Shown: piece by piece, positions 50,913-64,000 of the stretch | Layout of the letters: every line of letters starts with the position of its first letter | Numbering within the stretch: the first letter of the stretch is position 1 | Assembly (NCBI RefSeq): GCF_018350175.1 | Contig: NC_058368.1 | Span: 120,158,001-120,222,000, forward strand | Length of the DNA stretch: 64,000 nt | Direction of reading: 5' to 3' | DNA from: Felis catus | Taxonomy: Eukaryota | Notes under the pieces: generated by a model | What the model was told of the DNA's origin: nothing | Databases searched by the model: none | What the model saw: the letters and a program-made list of their open reading frames with translations, nothing else | Program-made: the position numbers and the translations under genes

Positions 50913-53480
50913 TTAGTGCCTATAAAGTGGTCCCAACTATGACAAGCATTTTACTTTTATTACATTTAGAACAACCCTTTGAGTATGCTATCACTGGCTC
51001 CATTTTAAAGATGATGAGAATGAGTCTATCAGAATACGCAACATGGCCATTGTCACTGGTCTTTCAGGGAGCTGAGCAAGGTGTAGACACAGATTCACCC
51101 CAACTCTGTCATTCTCACTCACCACTCTCTACCTGTCTGGTCATTTTATTGGCTTATTCACTCTAGGCCTAGGCACCAAGAGCCTGCCACATACCAGCTT
51201 TCATCAAAGACAGAGTGAATGTTTCGTGGAGTGTGTCTGTGGTAGTGTTGAGGAAGTTCTGTGTGGCTCTTCTGGCTGTGATCGTTTTGTATTTGTACTG
51301 TGGCTCCTTCCTAAGGGTGACACACTGAAGTGTTTCCCTTCTGGCAACTCTAAGCCAGTGTATCATTAAGAGTCAGTGGAGTCCTAGGTTGCCAGTATCT
51401 TAATCACAGCTTTTAATCCCAAATTCATTCGCTGGAGAGAAGCGTTGATAATTGCTAGGAAGTATGGCCAGAAAGCGTCACTTTCTCTTGTGTAGCATCC
51501 TAAAGACTGAATGTGCAGTGAAGGGTGAGAGAGGGTTCTTTAGGAGATACAATAGGGTAGAAGGTGGGGGGGGTAGATAGGGAGAAAATCACAGTTCCAA
51601 TTTATTCCCCACTTTGCACCATTAGTTTCGAGTTATTTCAAAAAACACAACTTCATTGTGTTTGCTTCTGTCTTTGAGCTTATCATCTATTAATTGTTTA
51701 CTTTTCAATTTTCCCCACAGAATTAGCCTAATGTGTACTTTATTTTAGTCATTAGCACCTAATAACTCCTGGACATAATTCCTTTGTATTTATTTAACAA
51801 ATAACAACTACATGCCAGACACTGTTTTAGGCTTTATAAAGGCCATGATGAAGAAGACAAATTCCTTCCATCATGAGCTCATATTCAAGTGAAAAGACTA
51901 AATAAGCACAGAGCCAGACAAAGATATATGTATAATGCAGTTTCATATATATATATATGTGATTTTTATATACATATATATATATATATGTATGTATGTA
52001 TATGACTATGGAGCTATGGTTAGATATTCTCTTTATATCTCATGTTCAGAAAGTCTTTTCTAGAAATCTAAAAATTACAAAAGAGTCTGCTCTGGGGGTA
52101 AGAATATTTCAGGTAGTAGAAAAAGCAAACAAAAGTGCAAGATAAGAATGAGCTTGGCTGTTTGAGGACTATGAAGCTAGTGCAATGGAATAAAGAAAAA
52201 TAAAACTTTAGATGAGAATTTATAGTGGTGAGGTAAGCAGAACCAAGTTTCTAGAGAGCCTTGAGGCTACAGTAAGAAGTTGGAACAGATCCTTGTTCAA
52301 CAAATATTTACTGAATATTGACTCTGCAGCTGGCACTGTTTTAGGTGCTGGAAGTACTATTACAAACAAATTAGATGTGTTTTCCAGTTCTTGGAGGGCT
52401 TACATTATTGGGATAGAGACAAGTCAGATAAATTTTAAATACACACACACACATACACACATTTATGATAAGTGGTAAAGAGAAAAAATTGAAGCAAGAA
52501 TGAATGATACCAAGTTTGGGATAGAGTGAAGGAGGCTTGGAAGGGATGGAGAGAAACTAAAAGTAGTGAATAAGCAAGCCAGACAGAGGAAAGTAGAAAA
52601 ATGATTGGCGGGGGGATTCCGAACAGAGGCAGTAGAGGTCAAATTCAGAGATGAGCTAAAATACCAGTGTCTCTGGGTTGGTGGGAACCAGAAGGAGATT
52701 AGTAGGACATATGGCCTGAGAATAAATGGAGTCAGATTGTATAGATTATATAGACCTGCAGGTCATAGTAAGGATCGTCTTTTATTCTGAGCAAGATGAA
52801 AATCCATGTCAAGCAAAGGACTGCCACAATTTAAATAACATTGCAACAGGTTTCTGGTTTGAAAATTAGAGTAAAAGGAAGCAAGAGGAGAAGCAGAGAG
52901 AAAAGGTGAAGAGTAGTGTTCAATGCAAAAGTAAACCCAAACACAAAAGTGAGCCATATGTGTAACATTTAGTATTCTCATATCCTCACAAAAAGTCAAA
53001 AGAACTAGGTGAAATAGTATTGGTGACCTGTTTATTTTAACTTAGATATTTTAGATTATTTTGATATTAAGTCTTTTATTTTATTCTGGCATCCTATGTC
53101 AGTTTGTGCTAGCTGCTTTTCGGGCACTCATTAGCCACCTGGGGCTCACAGCCCTTATGAGGGGTGTCACAATTAGGAGATTATTGCAATAATTCAGGTG
53201 ATAGAAGATGACTTTCAGTTTAAGTGATGGGAAGGAGTCAAAATTTGGGTACGTTTGAAAGGTAGAACTGAAAGGATTTGCTGAAAGGATGAATGTATAA
53301 ATGGATAAGAGAAGGAATTAATTGAAATAAAGCAACTTAAAAGAAGGAAATTAAATTATAGGCATGTTGGGATATTTAATAAATTTCATACGTACCTCAA
53401 TGCTGTCTTATATGTAAGCTACATATTATAGTCAGTTGTCCCACCCTAGTTTATGGAGGCCTTTTAAGAGCATTTTTCAG

Positions 53481-53670
53481 AGGTGCCTGGATGGCTTAGT
53501 TGGTTGAGTGTCTGACTTCGTGTCAGGTCATGATCTCACGGTTTGTAGGTTCAAGCCCTGCGTCGGGCTGTGCTGACATCTTGGAGCCTGCTTTGATTCT
53601 GTGTCTCCCTCTCTTTCTGCCCTTCTTCCCCCAACCCCCTCCTCTCATTCAAAAATAAATATTAGAATCT
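53481..53670 (+). mobile_element. Can-SINE
   Basis: SINE body with a degenerate TSD AGCA(T/C)TTTTCAG on both sides. Confidence 0.93.
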
Positions 53671-54446
53671 TTTTTTTAAAGCACTTTTCAGGTTGCTAAC
53701 ATATGTGAGCTGGGGGAGCCAGTGAATGTCTTTGTTGTAAGAAAAGCAAAGTGTGGAGGGCAGCAGAGGAGCATGATATGGTTCTTATGGTGGCTTTCCT
53801 CTCTGATTTACAGAAGAACAATCATAATGCTGCACACCTTCCAAGGTCTTAGGTTACTAGTCCATATCAGGTAGCCATTGATCCTTTTCTGGGGTTTCCA
53901 AGTAACAATCTGACATACTTGAGCCCCATGTAATCTTAGGGAGAGTTCCTTTTACTAACGCATCCATCAAAATGGGTAAATACTTGTAATTCACCCAAAT
54001 GTACATATCCATAGTCCTTTTCATACAAAAGCATGACATGTGCTAAGGTAGCACAGAATTTAACCTGAGTTTTGTTTTAGTTGGCCATTCTAATTGACTT
54101 TTTAATTTGAATGGCCTTAGTTAGAACATATAATCTCAATCAAGAGTTTCATGGTCTCCACTATCTCTTATGGTATTATTCCTAGTAACTGGGTATATAT
54201 ATTGGGACTGTTTTCCCAGAAATCCTAGAAAAAGCTATGAGATTTATCCAGATTGGGTGACTCCAAGCCTGAATTGATAACTGTAGCCTTTGGAGAAACC
54301 TAGATAATTGCCTTACAATTGAAGCAAAAATTGTGATAGGATACCTAAGATCATATTAATTCCCAAGTTAATTGACAAGTGGAAAACATGACATATCAAA
54401 AGTCAGAATGGATTCTAAGAGCACAATTAAAAAATACACACACACA

Positions 54447-54662
54447 GGGATGCCTGCGTGGCTCAGTCGGTTGAGTCTTCGACTTCGGCTCAGATCATGA
54501 TCTCACAGTTCGTGAGTTCAGGCCCCACGTTGTGATCTGTGCTGACAGCTCAGAGCCTGGAGCCTACTTCCACTTTTGTGCCTCCCTCTCTCTGCCCCTT
54601 CCCTGCTCATGCTCTGTCTCTCTCTGTGTCTCTCAAAGATGAATAAACGTTAAAAAATTAAA
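54447..54662 (+). mobile_element. Can-SINE (felid type)
   Basis: Full body. TSD AAAAAATACACACACA on both sides. Confidence 0.95.
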
Positions 54663-55753
54663 AAAAATACACACACATAGGTACATATATGTAATAACAT
54701 ATACATATTATATACATAGTAATAGGTTCCATTTATGGAGTTCCATTTTACTTTTGAAATTCATGCAACCATCCCAGCAAGTAGGTGTGATGATTCTCAC
54801 TATACAAGTAAGAAACTAAAGAGAAACTGAGCCCTGGACAAATCAAAGAACTTTCCCAAGGCCACGTATCTGATAACAGAAATAGCTGGGGTTCTGATTT
54901 GGAAGACTTATCCTTATCCAGTGCACTGTAACCACATTGACAAAATATCTGGTGTTAACCTGTAGTATCTATAGATAGAAAGTCCCACTTGATAACAGTG
55001 CTGCCAATGGACTGGCTATTCCTGAAGGATGTATGAGAGAGTCAATTCCCAGTCAAGTACTATCAGTAGATGCTGAGCAGGAAGACAGAAAAAAACTGCA
55101 GCTTTCAAAGAAAATATATAGAAGTAGAAAGGAAGAGGGAAAAATTAAAAAACAAAACACTAAGCAAGTTGTAAGTTAACTTATCAAAACAAGAGTAAAG
55201 CACTAAAATCAATGATGCAAAAACAAAAACAAAAACAAAAACCCCACAAACTCCTCTGATTCACAGAAAGCAAGACATTAATAAGAAGGTAGAAGAGATG
55301 TACCAGTCCAAACCAGATCAGTGACTACAAGTCTGAAGAGAAATGTAAGAAGGGAAAGGAAAGACAAAAATGAAGACCCCATGCTCTGAAGACTTCAGTG
55401 CATGTGACTGGCTTCTGAAACTGAGCGGCCCCTATTTTTCATGATGTGGCAGAATCTGCAACCCTGTAATATCCATGGGTTCCTGAACTCTGATGAATTT
55501 TGGTCTCAAGGATGGAATCCAGAGTCGTTAGTAAATCTTTGTAGAAGCTTAATGGTGAGGGGTGTGTGAGGAAGGGTGGGATGGGCAAAATAACCACTAG
55601 GCATTACAGGCTTGTTATTTGAGAAAACAGTGCATCTAAGGAAATGGAACAAAAAAAGTAAATGTGAAAAACACAGTGCATCTACTTGAAAACTTTGATA
55701 CCTGAAATAATACCGTACTAGTTAAGAAGTTAGCAAATGCTGGTGCTATAGAG

Positions 55754-55978
55754 TATGTCTTCTCACCAGGAACAGTATCTTTCCCAGGAGGCTGAAAATT
55801 AGTTTTTCGGTTGAGGGCAACTTGAAAAAAAAAATTCCCCTTTTAGTGTATAAAGCCCAGATGTGCATACAGTACGTAAATAGTATATCAGTGATACTAA
55901 AATGTCATGAGGAACTAGGAAAAATGTCTAAAAAGTTTGCTTAGTGAGGAATAATGATAAGAAGGTTGAGAAGCACTG
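55754..55978 (-). mobile_element. MER112-like hAT-Charlie element
   Basis: Ends GGTTGAGAAGCACTG, with internal GGAAAAATGTCTAAAAAG. hAT-type 8-bp TSD CTATAGAG (55746-55753) and CTGTAGAG (55979-55986). Confidence 0.8.
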
Positions 55979-56224
55979 CTGTAGAGTTATACATTTGTCG
56001 ATGGAAACACAACGTAATGAGGATGGTTTCACATATAGAGAAATTGAATTCTGTGCATGGTTTTACAAACTGTTCTCTGTACACACAGAGGCAATTTTGT
56101 CTCTGGGTCAGATGATACCTATTCTCTGAAGAGTTTAATTCATCAAACCCAGCTCTTGTTTCTGTTTTTCTTTCTATAATCCAAATTAGGCAACTTGACT
56201 CTTAAAGATAACGGCCTTCATCAC

Positions 56225-57400
56225 ATCCATTCATTCATTTGACAAATATTATTGAGCACATACCATGTGCTAGGCATTGTCTAGGCAGTGGTCAATGAAA
56301 GACAAAAATAAGTAAGTGAAAAAGATAGTTGGAGATAGTAATAACTGCCAGTTATTACTCTCAGTTGTGATAGAGTGGCTGGACATTGGGAGTTGGAGAT
56401 GGTTGGCTAATTTAGAGGTAGTGTTCCGGAATTTGTCTCTAAACAGAACACACCTAAGTGATCTGCATTTTATAAGGAATTCTTTATCCCCTTAAATAGA
56501 TTGAATTAAGGTCTGAGGGAAGAGAAATGAGCTAGGATTCAAATCACGTCCTGCTATTATTTCATTCTTTGATTTCCTCATTCGTCAACCAAAAAACCTT
56601 TCTTGAAATGTTAACTTTGTACCAGTATCTATGCCAAGCAGTAAGCCATTATTCATTAATTCATTCATAAGATTTATATTTAGTGAATGCCTACTGGGTG
56701 CTCTATCTTATGTGAAAATCAGTAAACCAAAGAAGGGTCAGGATGCCATGTCAAGAAGCCAAGGAGAAGAATGAGAACTATGAATCTACCAGTGGAATAA
56801 GAGGAAAACCAAGGAACTGCATTGTTCTAGAACACCAACAAAACAAAACAAAGGTAATGCATCAGGGACATAGAAAAACTGACTATGTAAACTGTAGTTA
56901 CTAAGTCAAGTAAGATGAGGACTGAGAGTGGACTATAAAATGGAGACGAGTTGCGACCTTATAGAAACAGTTCTAATAAAATCTGATTGGAATAGCTGAA
57001 AGAGAATGGGAGGAGAGTAATCAGAGATAATGAGCATGAATGTGTTTTTAGAAGACTTTGATAACAGAAGACGGCAAAGAAATAGGCTGGAAGCTGGCAA
57101 GAGAAGCAGGGTGAAAAGAAAGATTGCTCAGTAGGGAGAAATGGAGAAATGATAGCATGTTTGCATACTGATGAGAATCATGCTCTAGTGAGCAATCAAG
57201 TCATGATGTAGGGAGGGCCGTTTTTGAGATGGTTGCTGTTAAGTAGGTAAGAGGAAATGGGGATTAGTATGCAAGTGGAAAGATCAGCTTTGGGGAAGAG
57301 TGTGGAAATGTTGCCTATGGTCATAGGCAGGAAGGCAGAGTACAGACACTGCAAGGTGGGAGGTGTGGTGAATGGCATCAGTGGAGATTCTCATACTGCT
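56225..57400 (-). mobile_element. L2 fragments
   Basis: CATTCATTCATTTGACAAATATTATTGAGCACATACCATGTGCTAGGCATTG, and further on GTCAAGTAAGATGAGGACTGAGA...GAGAATGGGAGG. Confidence 0.7.
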
Positions 57401-60307
57401 ACCCCGTGGTGTAGGACACAAGATGAAAGGCCAGTTCCCATACCACTTAGATGCCATGTGACTGAAGTAAGTGATACTGTGTCTTTGAGTCTCAGTTGAC
57501 CCATCTGTGAAGTTGGAATAAAAAATATTTGTCTCTAAGTGCAGTAATGATTAAGTGTGACTGTATATCAAAAGAATATTACCTTGGTACTTGTACCATC
57601 AAATAATATTGACCAAAGTTGACCTTAGTATGAGCCAAAAAGAATTAACATTTCAAATAGCACCCGACCCCTAGATTTGAGTCAGGGGGACTTGCTTCAG
57701 CACAGGAAGGCAGCCCTTAGTTTAATACATCATGAAATGAAGGTGAGATTGGCTTAATTATTAAGAAGTACATTTATCAAAGACTTGTTATATTTGTCAT
57801 ACAGCTTCTCACCAAGGAGAACTCACTAAAATGTCTTAACCCTAATTTATACTTACACACCTGTTCATCCCCACCAGTTTGGAATGACAGTGATCCGCTG
57901 AATATGGGGAGAAAACAAATGTCAATGTTCAGGCTCCTGTCCCAGGCTGAGCATTCCAGGCATGTGAGATATAACCCTGATTAAAGTGTCAAATGGTCCC
58001 TAATCACATTAAAATGAAATGTGACCAGAGAGCACCAAAAAATGGGACATCCCTGTCACCTTTTCTCTTTTCCCCATAATAGCAATATCTATCTGCTATA
58101 TTTCAGATAATATGAATGTCTATTCATATTTTGTGGACAATGAGATGACTCACATTTGACAGATCTTATTATGCTAGAAATCAACCACTCTAAAATTAAC
58201 ATAGACTCTTATTAGAAGTGATTATGCAAAAGTTCTCTGGTGCCTGGGATTTTCACCAGGCACATCCCTTCTTCATATGCTTCCTTACTCCTTTTCCTCT
58301 TTATGTATATTTTGTTTTCAATGGGATCATAATACAGGGATATAGCACAGATATAACCAATGCCAAGCAGGCCAAAATGTTTATCCCCTCTAGATATTTA
58401 CCATCAAATACCAGGCACCAATTATATTGAAGGCGTTAACACTAAAACTATAGGTCCGCGTCTGTGGTCTTATTTGTGTTCTTATTTTTGAGGCTATAAT
58501 GTCAATATGATGAGAGTAAGGAGTTGACATTATCCAGGGTTTATTTTCATTCACCAAGAATAATACTTAGTACATATTAAGTACCCAATACATGTCTCTT
58601 GGGTAAATTAATGATAACTAGCAGTTGATCTTGTCATTAAGGATTGTTAGGAATTAAGGGGAAATAATGGCCCCTTAGATCAGAATTTTTTTTTTTGCAA
58701 CCCAACTCCAATGAACATCCCCAAATTAGAATAAATAGCCCAGACTCTGTACAACACATACCCCTTTCTTTTTCTTGAAATCATAATTTAGGACCAGTTT
58801 TCCTTAGTTTTCAAGTGATGGAACTCTGAAAAAGGCAAATGGGAAAATGATAAAATGTGTCTAAGGCACACATGAAACACACCTGTGGGTATGTTTATAA
58901 AGTGTTTTTGTCCCAGTCAGCTGCTCATATATGAACCTTGCATTTTACACTGTGGAAAATTAGATTTGTCCCAAGTTGGAATACTGGATAAATTTGAAAT
59001 AGTCAAAGTGAAATAAGGAAACAAAACAATACCTAGTGAGTTCAGTTTTGACCCTTAAAATTGCTAGTTCTCAGCTTATGTCAAGCAAGACTCATAGGAT
59101 TGCCAAAGTGATAATCAGGTTTATGGCTCAGGTAGCATGAAATAAAACGTCTACTGGGAATAAACAGATGAATATGTGTAAGTCTGTGAGGGTAGGACTA
59201 TGGTTGGAGTCGGAAATGCAGTGAGCTGGCACATGCTTTATCTAAAAGCACTCAATCAATGTATTGAATACGTCCACAGTTAAATCCAACTTCTTAATTA
59301 TTAATATCATTATGTCATGAACAATGGGTAAGCCAGAAGTGGTCCAAGGAAGGCTATGTAAGAAACAGAGTTACTTTCTTAGAGATGGAAAAAAAAAGAT
59401 CTTGTTCTTGTACTCCTGTGTCCTTTTAATGTCAAAATCTTTGCTTTCGATAGTGGAAAGAATTTAAATAAATATCTCTTGAGTAGAAAGGCCTATATTT
59501 TTTCCTCAGTAACCTGCCACGCCTTAAGAACAGAGTACCATATTAGGCAGAAAGCTTGAGTTTTTAAAGGGTAAGAAGTATAGTGATAATAAAAACTTGT
59601 TAGTAGTAAGGCACTCAAGCACATGGGGGTTTGACAGTAAGCAACAAATTGAAGTTCAGAAATGGAAATATACTTACCAGAGCTGCCCAACACATTGATT
59701 TGTGCTCTAAGACTCAGTTGGAGATGAAAGTCTAGAAAGCAGTGAAATCTTCAATGGCATGGCATGGACAGTAGGATGCAAAAATTGCTGCCCATCAGAA
59801 TCCCGGACATATTTTAAAAACTACATACTACTTACCTTGCTGCATACACATAAACTCTTGAGTACTCTCCTGAGATCTTCGATGGCTAGGTTTGTAGTGG
59901 GATCCCTATTTTTAAAACACTCCTCAAGAAATTCTAATGCCAGTGCTTTATGGACTATTATTTGGAAGACTTTATTTGAAGGCATATAATCCTGTTATGT
60001 GCTTAAAATTTATCTATAACAAGAGTTTAGAAGTAAAAAATTAAAAAATACCCAATGTTTTGGGAAATGGTAAATCCAATAGCAATAATGGTGTGTTCAG
60101 TGAAGAAACAGGTGGAAGAAGATGGAAAATATTTCACTAAAATTTTAAGGAGGAGGAACTAGAGTATATAAATATTTGGAAGGGGAATGGTTTTGAATGT
60201 ATGTATTTCATTAAAGTAACATACATTTACTGTTTAATCTGATTGCCTATGGAAGAATATAGAATGTCTATAGTATTTGATATTGGGAAAAATTATAGTC
60301 TCAATGC

Positions 60308-60500
60308 AAGGATGGGAAATAGGTTTCATCTCATGCACTAACACTGTTTAATTGGCAGTGGTTGCCTGGAGCGTTCTGTTGACAGATTGAACTAGGCTCT
60401 ACCTGGGCTCAGATATAAAGTGTGCAGTAAACAATTAATGATGTCTGACCTAGAAATAGAGATGAAAGTGCTCTCATGACATAGGTTCTCATTGCTCAGA
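60308..60500 (+). mobile_element. MER102-like hAT-Charlie element
   Basis: GGATGGGAAATAGGTTTCATCTC...TTGGCAGTGGTTGCCTGGAGCG...GGGCTCAG...ATTAATGATGTCTG. Confidence 0.75.
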
Positions 60501-62773
60501 TAGTCTTAGTTTTGTATTTGGGAAATATATCAAGACAATTTTTAAATGTCTCCTGCTGCCCCTCCAGTGGATGTATGGCAAATTGCAAGGCACCGATACA
60601 GTTCTAGGCATTGTCCATGTTACATATAGTTGTGTTGATGTCTCCTGTTGAATTCTAAGTGGCAAACTAACGAATTCTACAGTCTCTCATATCCTTGGAG
60701 AGGACCACAGTTTCTTATTTCTTTATGTCTTAACAAATATATGGTTGAGAGTGCTTGTTAAGCAGTAAATATTTACAAGTTGGAGGAGTTAGAGCTGTTA
60801 AATGGCTAGTTGAACATCATTGAACAGCATGATAATTTGGGGAAGGCTGGCTGAGGCAGATGTCCCTGTTAGAAACCTGTCTTTTGAAACAATCACAAAA
60901 TGATGTCTGAGAATTGCCATTTGAATGCAAGGAGAAAGAAAGACTACATTCTCCACATGATAAGGGAGCTTCTCCTGTGAGTGAGAGGTGCAAACTGGAC
61001 CCAAGATTGACTACAGACATGACCAGTAGTGTTGATCAGTCGTATTACTTATCTGCTTTCCTGCCTGACAACCAAAGCCTCAGAGCCTAGGATACCTGAA
61101 GTTTTCTCATATCCTTTTGGCCTCTTACTTTCTTCCCCACATATATTTTAACACCTGGGGTAACTCACTTAGACTTAAGAGTGTGTCTGATTTTAAATCA
61201 CCAATTTTGTTGCTTGGGGAAAACCAGTGAAATATGAGAGCAATGTAAAAAGATATTTCAGCACTGACTAGGGCTTAATGTTGTAGTTTTGATCTCCAGG
61301 GAGGTGATTGTGTCATCCATCCACATGTGCTGTCTTACATGCCTATTCACTTGTACTTGACAACGTTGTGGTAATTACATGTATATGTTTGTACACCTGA
61401 TTAGATTGTGTCTTGCTGAATAACATGTTAAATGGAATTTGACAATTCTCTCCAGGCTGTAGAAAGTAGTTTAGCTGCTTAAAATTCGATTGCCTTCTTG
61501 CTTCCCCAACCCCCAGCCCCTTATTCCACCCTCCCCTCCACATTCTTTTTCTCACGTTTACATTATTGTTTCAGGTTAGCAGTGAAGCTGAATTACTGAG
61601 AAACACCCTGATCACGTTTTCCCAAGGACAGGAAAACAAATCATAATAAAGAAGGAAGTATTTCCAGTAGGAAATATCTAGGACAATTCTAACTCAGAGC
61701 AGCCTCTGTGATGGATGGTCTCTGCTAGTGCAACCCAGGGTGGACTAGTTCTAGGCTCAGCTGAGGATGCAAAATCAGTCTACCCAGTATGGTTTTTCTA
61801 GCCCAGGAGAGCTTCACATAGAGGTGTAGGAACAGAAGACTGAGAAGTAGGCCAGGAGAAGAACAAGATTTCTGGAGGGGCACAAGTTTGTGGTAAGATA
61901 GTTGCTGCCCATTTCTATCAGCTGATGGCTCTGTGCTGAAAGCCCCTTTTGCACTTGAGTCAGTAGGTGAGGACTAGATGGGCCATCGCATGTCCCCTGG
62001 GAAATTGGGTAGTGTCTCTTATTGATGAGGGGCCTATGGTCCAAAGGCCGAGTTCAGGGACAATAGGAATTAGAGAGTTCCTAAAGATACCTCATCGAAA
62101 GAAGAGAAATGCAAAGGGTAAAAGAATCATATTCCAATCTACAATAGATGCCAAAGAAACCAAACTTTAATACTGGATATCAAAAGAATCTGAAACTTTA
62201 AGCCAAAATATGAGTGGACCTGGGTCAAACCCTAAAGATCTAGAGGCAAAGACTGTAAGTGGATCAGTGACATGACATCTGGAAAATTGCCTCTGATTAG
62301 AGGTCACCAAATACAACAGGACTTGGTATTATTTACACCCTCAACCTGGGGGTAACCCAGGGATCACCTGTAGTCAGAGTAAACTGATTTGGACAGACCG
62401 TGAAAGCAAGCATTTTTCTGACTCTGAGTGCTAATGGGGAAGTTGAAAAGTGGTGGAAAGACTAGTAAATGCAGTTTGTAGACCTGGATTATATGACACT
62501 AGGAAAGGCAATTAACCTCTGTGGGTTTAATTTATTAATTAGAATTTATGAAGGCTAGTTCTGTAACTTTTTCATGTGTTTTATGAGAACCAAATTGGAA
62601 AACATAAGTATATGATAAAATGCTATTCACATGTCCAGTGTTATATTTTGCAATACCATAATCCAATGCAGATTGAACTGTAACTTTTATTTAGACATTA
62701 CTACATTATTCTTGGAGTATTTTCTCAAAATATTTGAGAAACTCCCTGAGCTTTGGCTATGTCTTGCCTTTTT

Positions 62774-63204
62774 TTTTTAATATAAAATTTATTGTCAAAT
62801 TGGTTTCCATACAACACCCAGTGCTTGTCCCAACAGGTGCCCTCCTCAATATCCATCACCCACCCTCCCCTCCCTCCCACTCCCCATCAGCCCTCAGTTT
62901 GTTCTCAGTCTCTTATGTTTTGGCTCCCTCCCTCTCTAACTTTTTTTTTCCTTCCCCTCCCCCATGGGTTCCTGTTAAGTTTCTCAGGATCCACATAAGA
63001 TCCACATATGGTATCTGTCTTTCTCTGCATGACTTATTTCACTTAGCATAACACTCTCCAGTTGCATCCACGTTGCTACAAAAGGCCATATTTCATTCTT
63101 TCTCATTGCCAAGTAGTATTCCATTGTGTATATAAACCACAATTTCTTTATTCATTCATTGGACATTTAGGCTCTTTCCATAATTTGGCTACTGTTGAAA
63201 GTGC
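62774..63204 (-). mobile_element. 5'-truncated felid L1 3' end, same family as 1462-2131
   Basis: T-tail followed by AAATTTATTGTCAAATTGGTTTCCATACAACACCCAGTGCT. TSD TGTCTTGCCTTTTT at 62760-62773 and 63205-63218. Confidence 0.96.
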
Positions 63205-64000
63205 TGTCTTGCCTTTTTAAAAACACTTGTACGATATAGCCTTTGCTCTCCTCTAACATACCCATCAAATGTTTGAAAAAATATTACAATTGGAACAGCC
63301 TTCTAGCAATTAGGGGTAATTAATGCATAAATGTATAATCAGAAAGGAGTATATATTTGATTTAAAAACAAGAGGGATATGAGCCCTTCCTGGATTTCAG
63401 GATCTTTCAGCATTTAGCCTCGTTCATTACGTCTCCTGGATTCCCACTATTCCCACAGATAGCCTCTCAGATGCCTCCTGGCTGTGCTTATGCAGGACCT
63501 CAAACTGCAAACTAGACCATATTTTCTGACATTTGCTTATGATTGCTCATGTGTTTCTTTACCTCACAGTGTTGCCATGAAGCTCAAGTAAGGGACTTAG
63601 GTGGACAGGCTTTGTAAGCCCTAAAATGCTGTTGAAATGCAAAAAGAAAGTTAAACGTTGGAAGATACAGGTTTAAGATCCATTCCTGACTGTGGAATTT
63701 AGGGAGGTCTTCTTACCTCTATGGATCTCACTCTCTTTCTTGGGAGGATGGAGCTCCTTGTTTCTTTCCTGTCACCCACAGAAATGTGAAAGGTACTTAT
63801 TCTCATTATATGATTTTTTTTTTTTTTTAGTTACTGTTTGGAGATAGCTATTTACTGTGAGTGTTGTTTATGTATTTACTGCTCTGATTTCATTCATTCA
63901 CCCATTTATTTGAGAAACATTTATTACTTGAAATTACTTAAATAAATAACATGGTTTTATTAAAAACATCCATTAAAATAATTCATATTATATAAAATGT

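Overview
Mammalian genomic DNA from a cat-family carnivore (Felidae). The assignment rests on about 19 tRNA-derived Can-SINEs, several of the young felid SINEC_Fc type, plus felid/carnivore L1 3' ends. The window is AT-rich, intronic or intergenic, and dominated by transposon relics: L1 of several ages, L2, MIR, MaLR/ERVL LTRs, hAT MERs and microsatellites. I can support no intact protein-coding gene. The only recognisable cellular gene sequence is a decayed, intronless VPS37C (ESCRT-I) retrocopy at about 23.0-23.5 kb, which atypically keeps the 5' coding part and lacks the 3' part. Other notable structures are a twin-primed (5'-inverted) L1 with a SINE nested in it, a Can-SINE variant with about 9 tandem B-box-region copies, a near-identical inverted pair of young SINEs, and a few small template-switch-like palindromes. 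I found no evidence of a new biological system. Repeat subfamily names come from recalled consensus sequences and need RepeatMasker/Dfam confirmation. Boundaries of old repeats are approximate.
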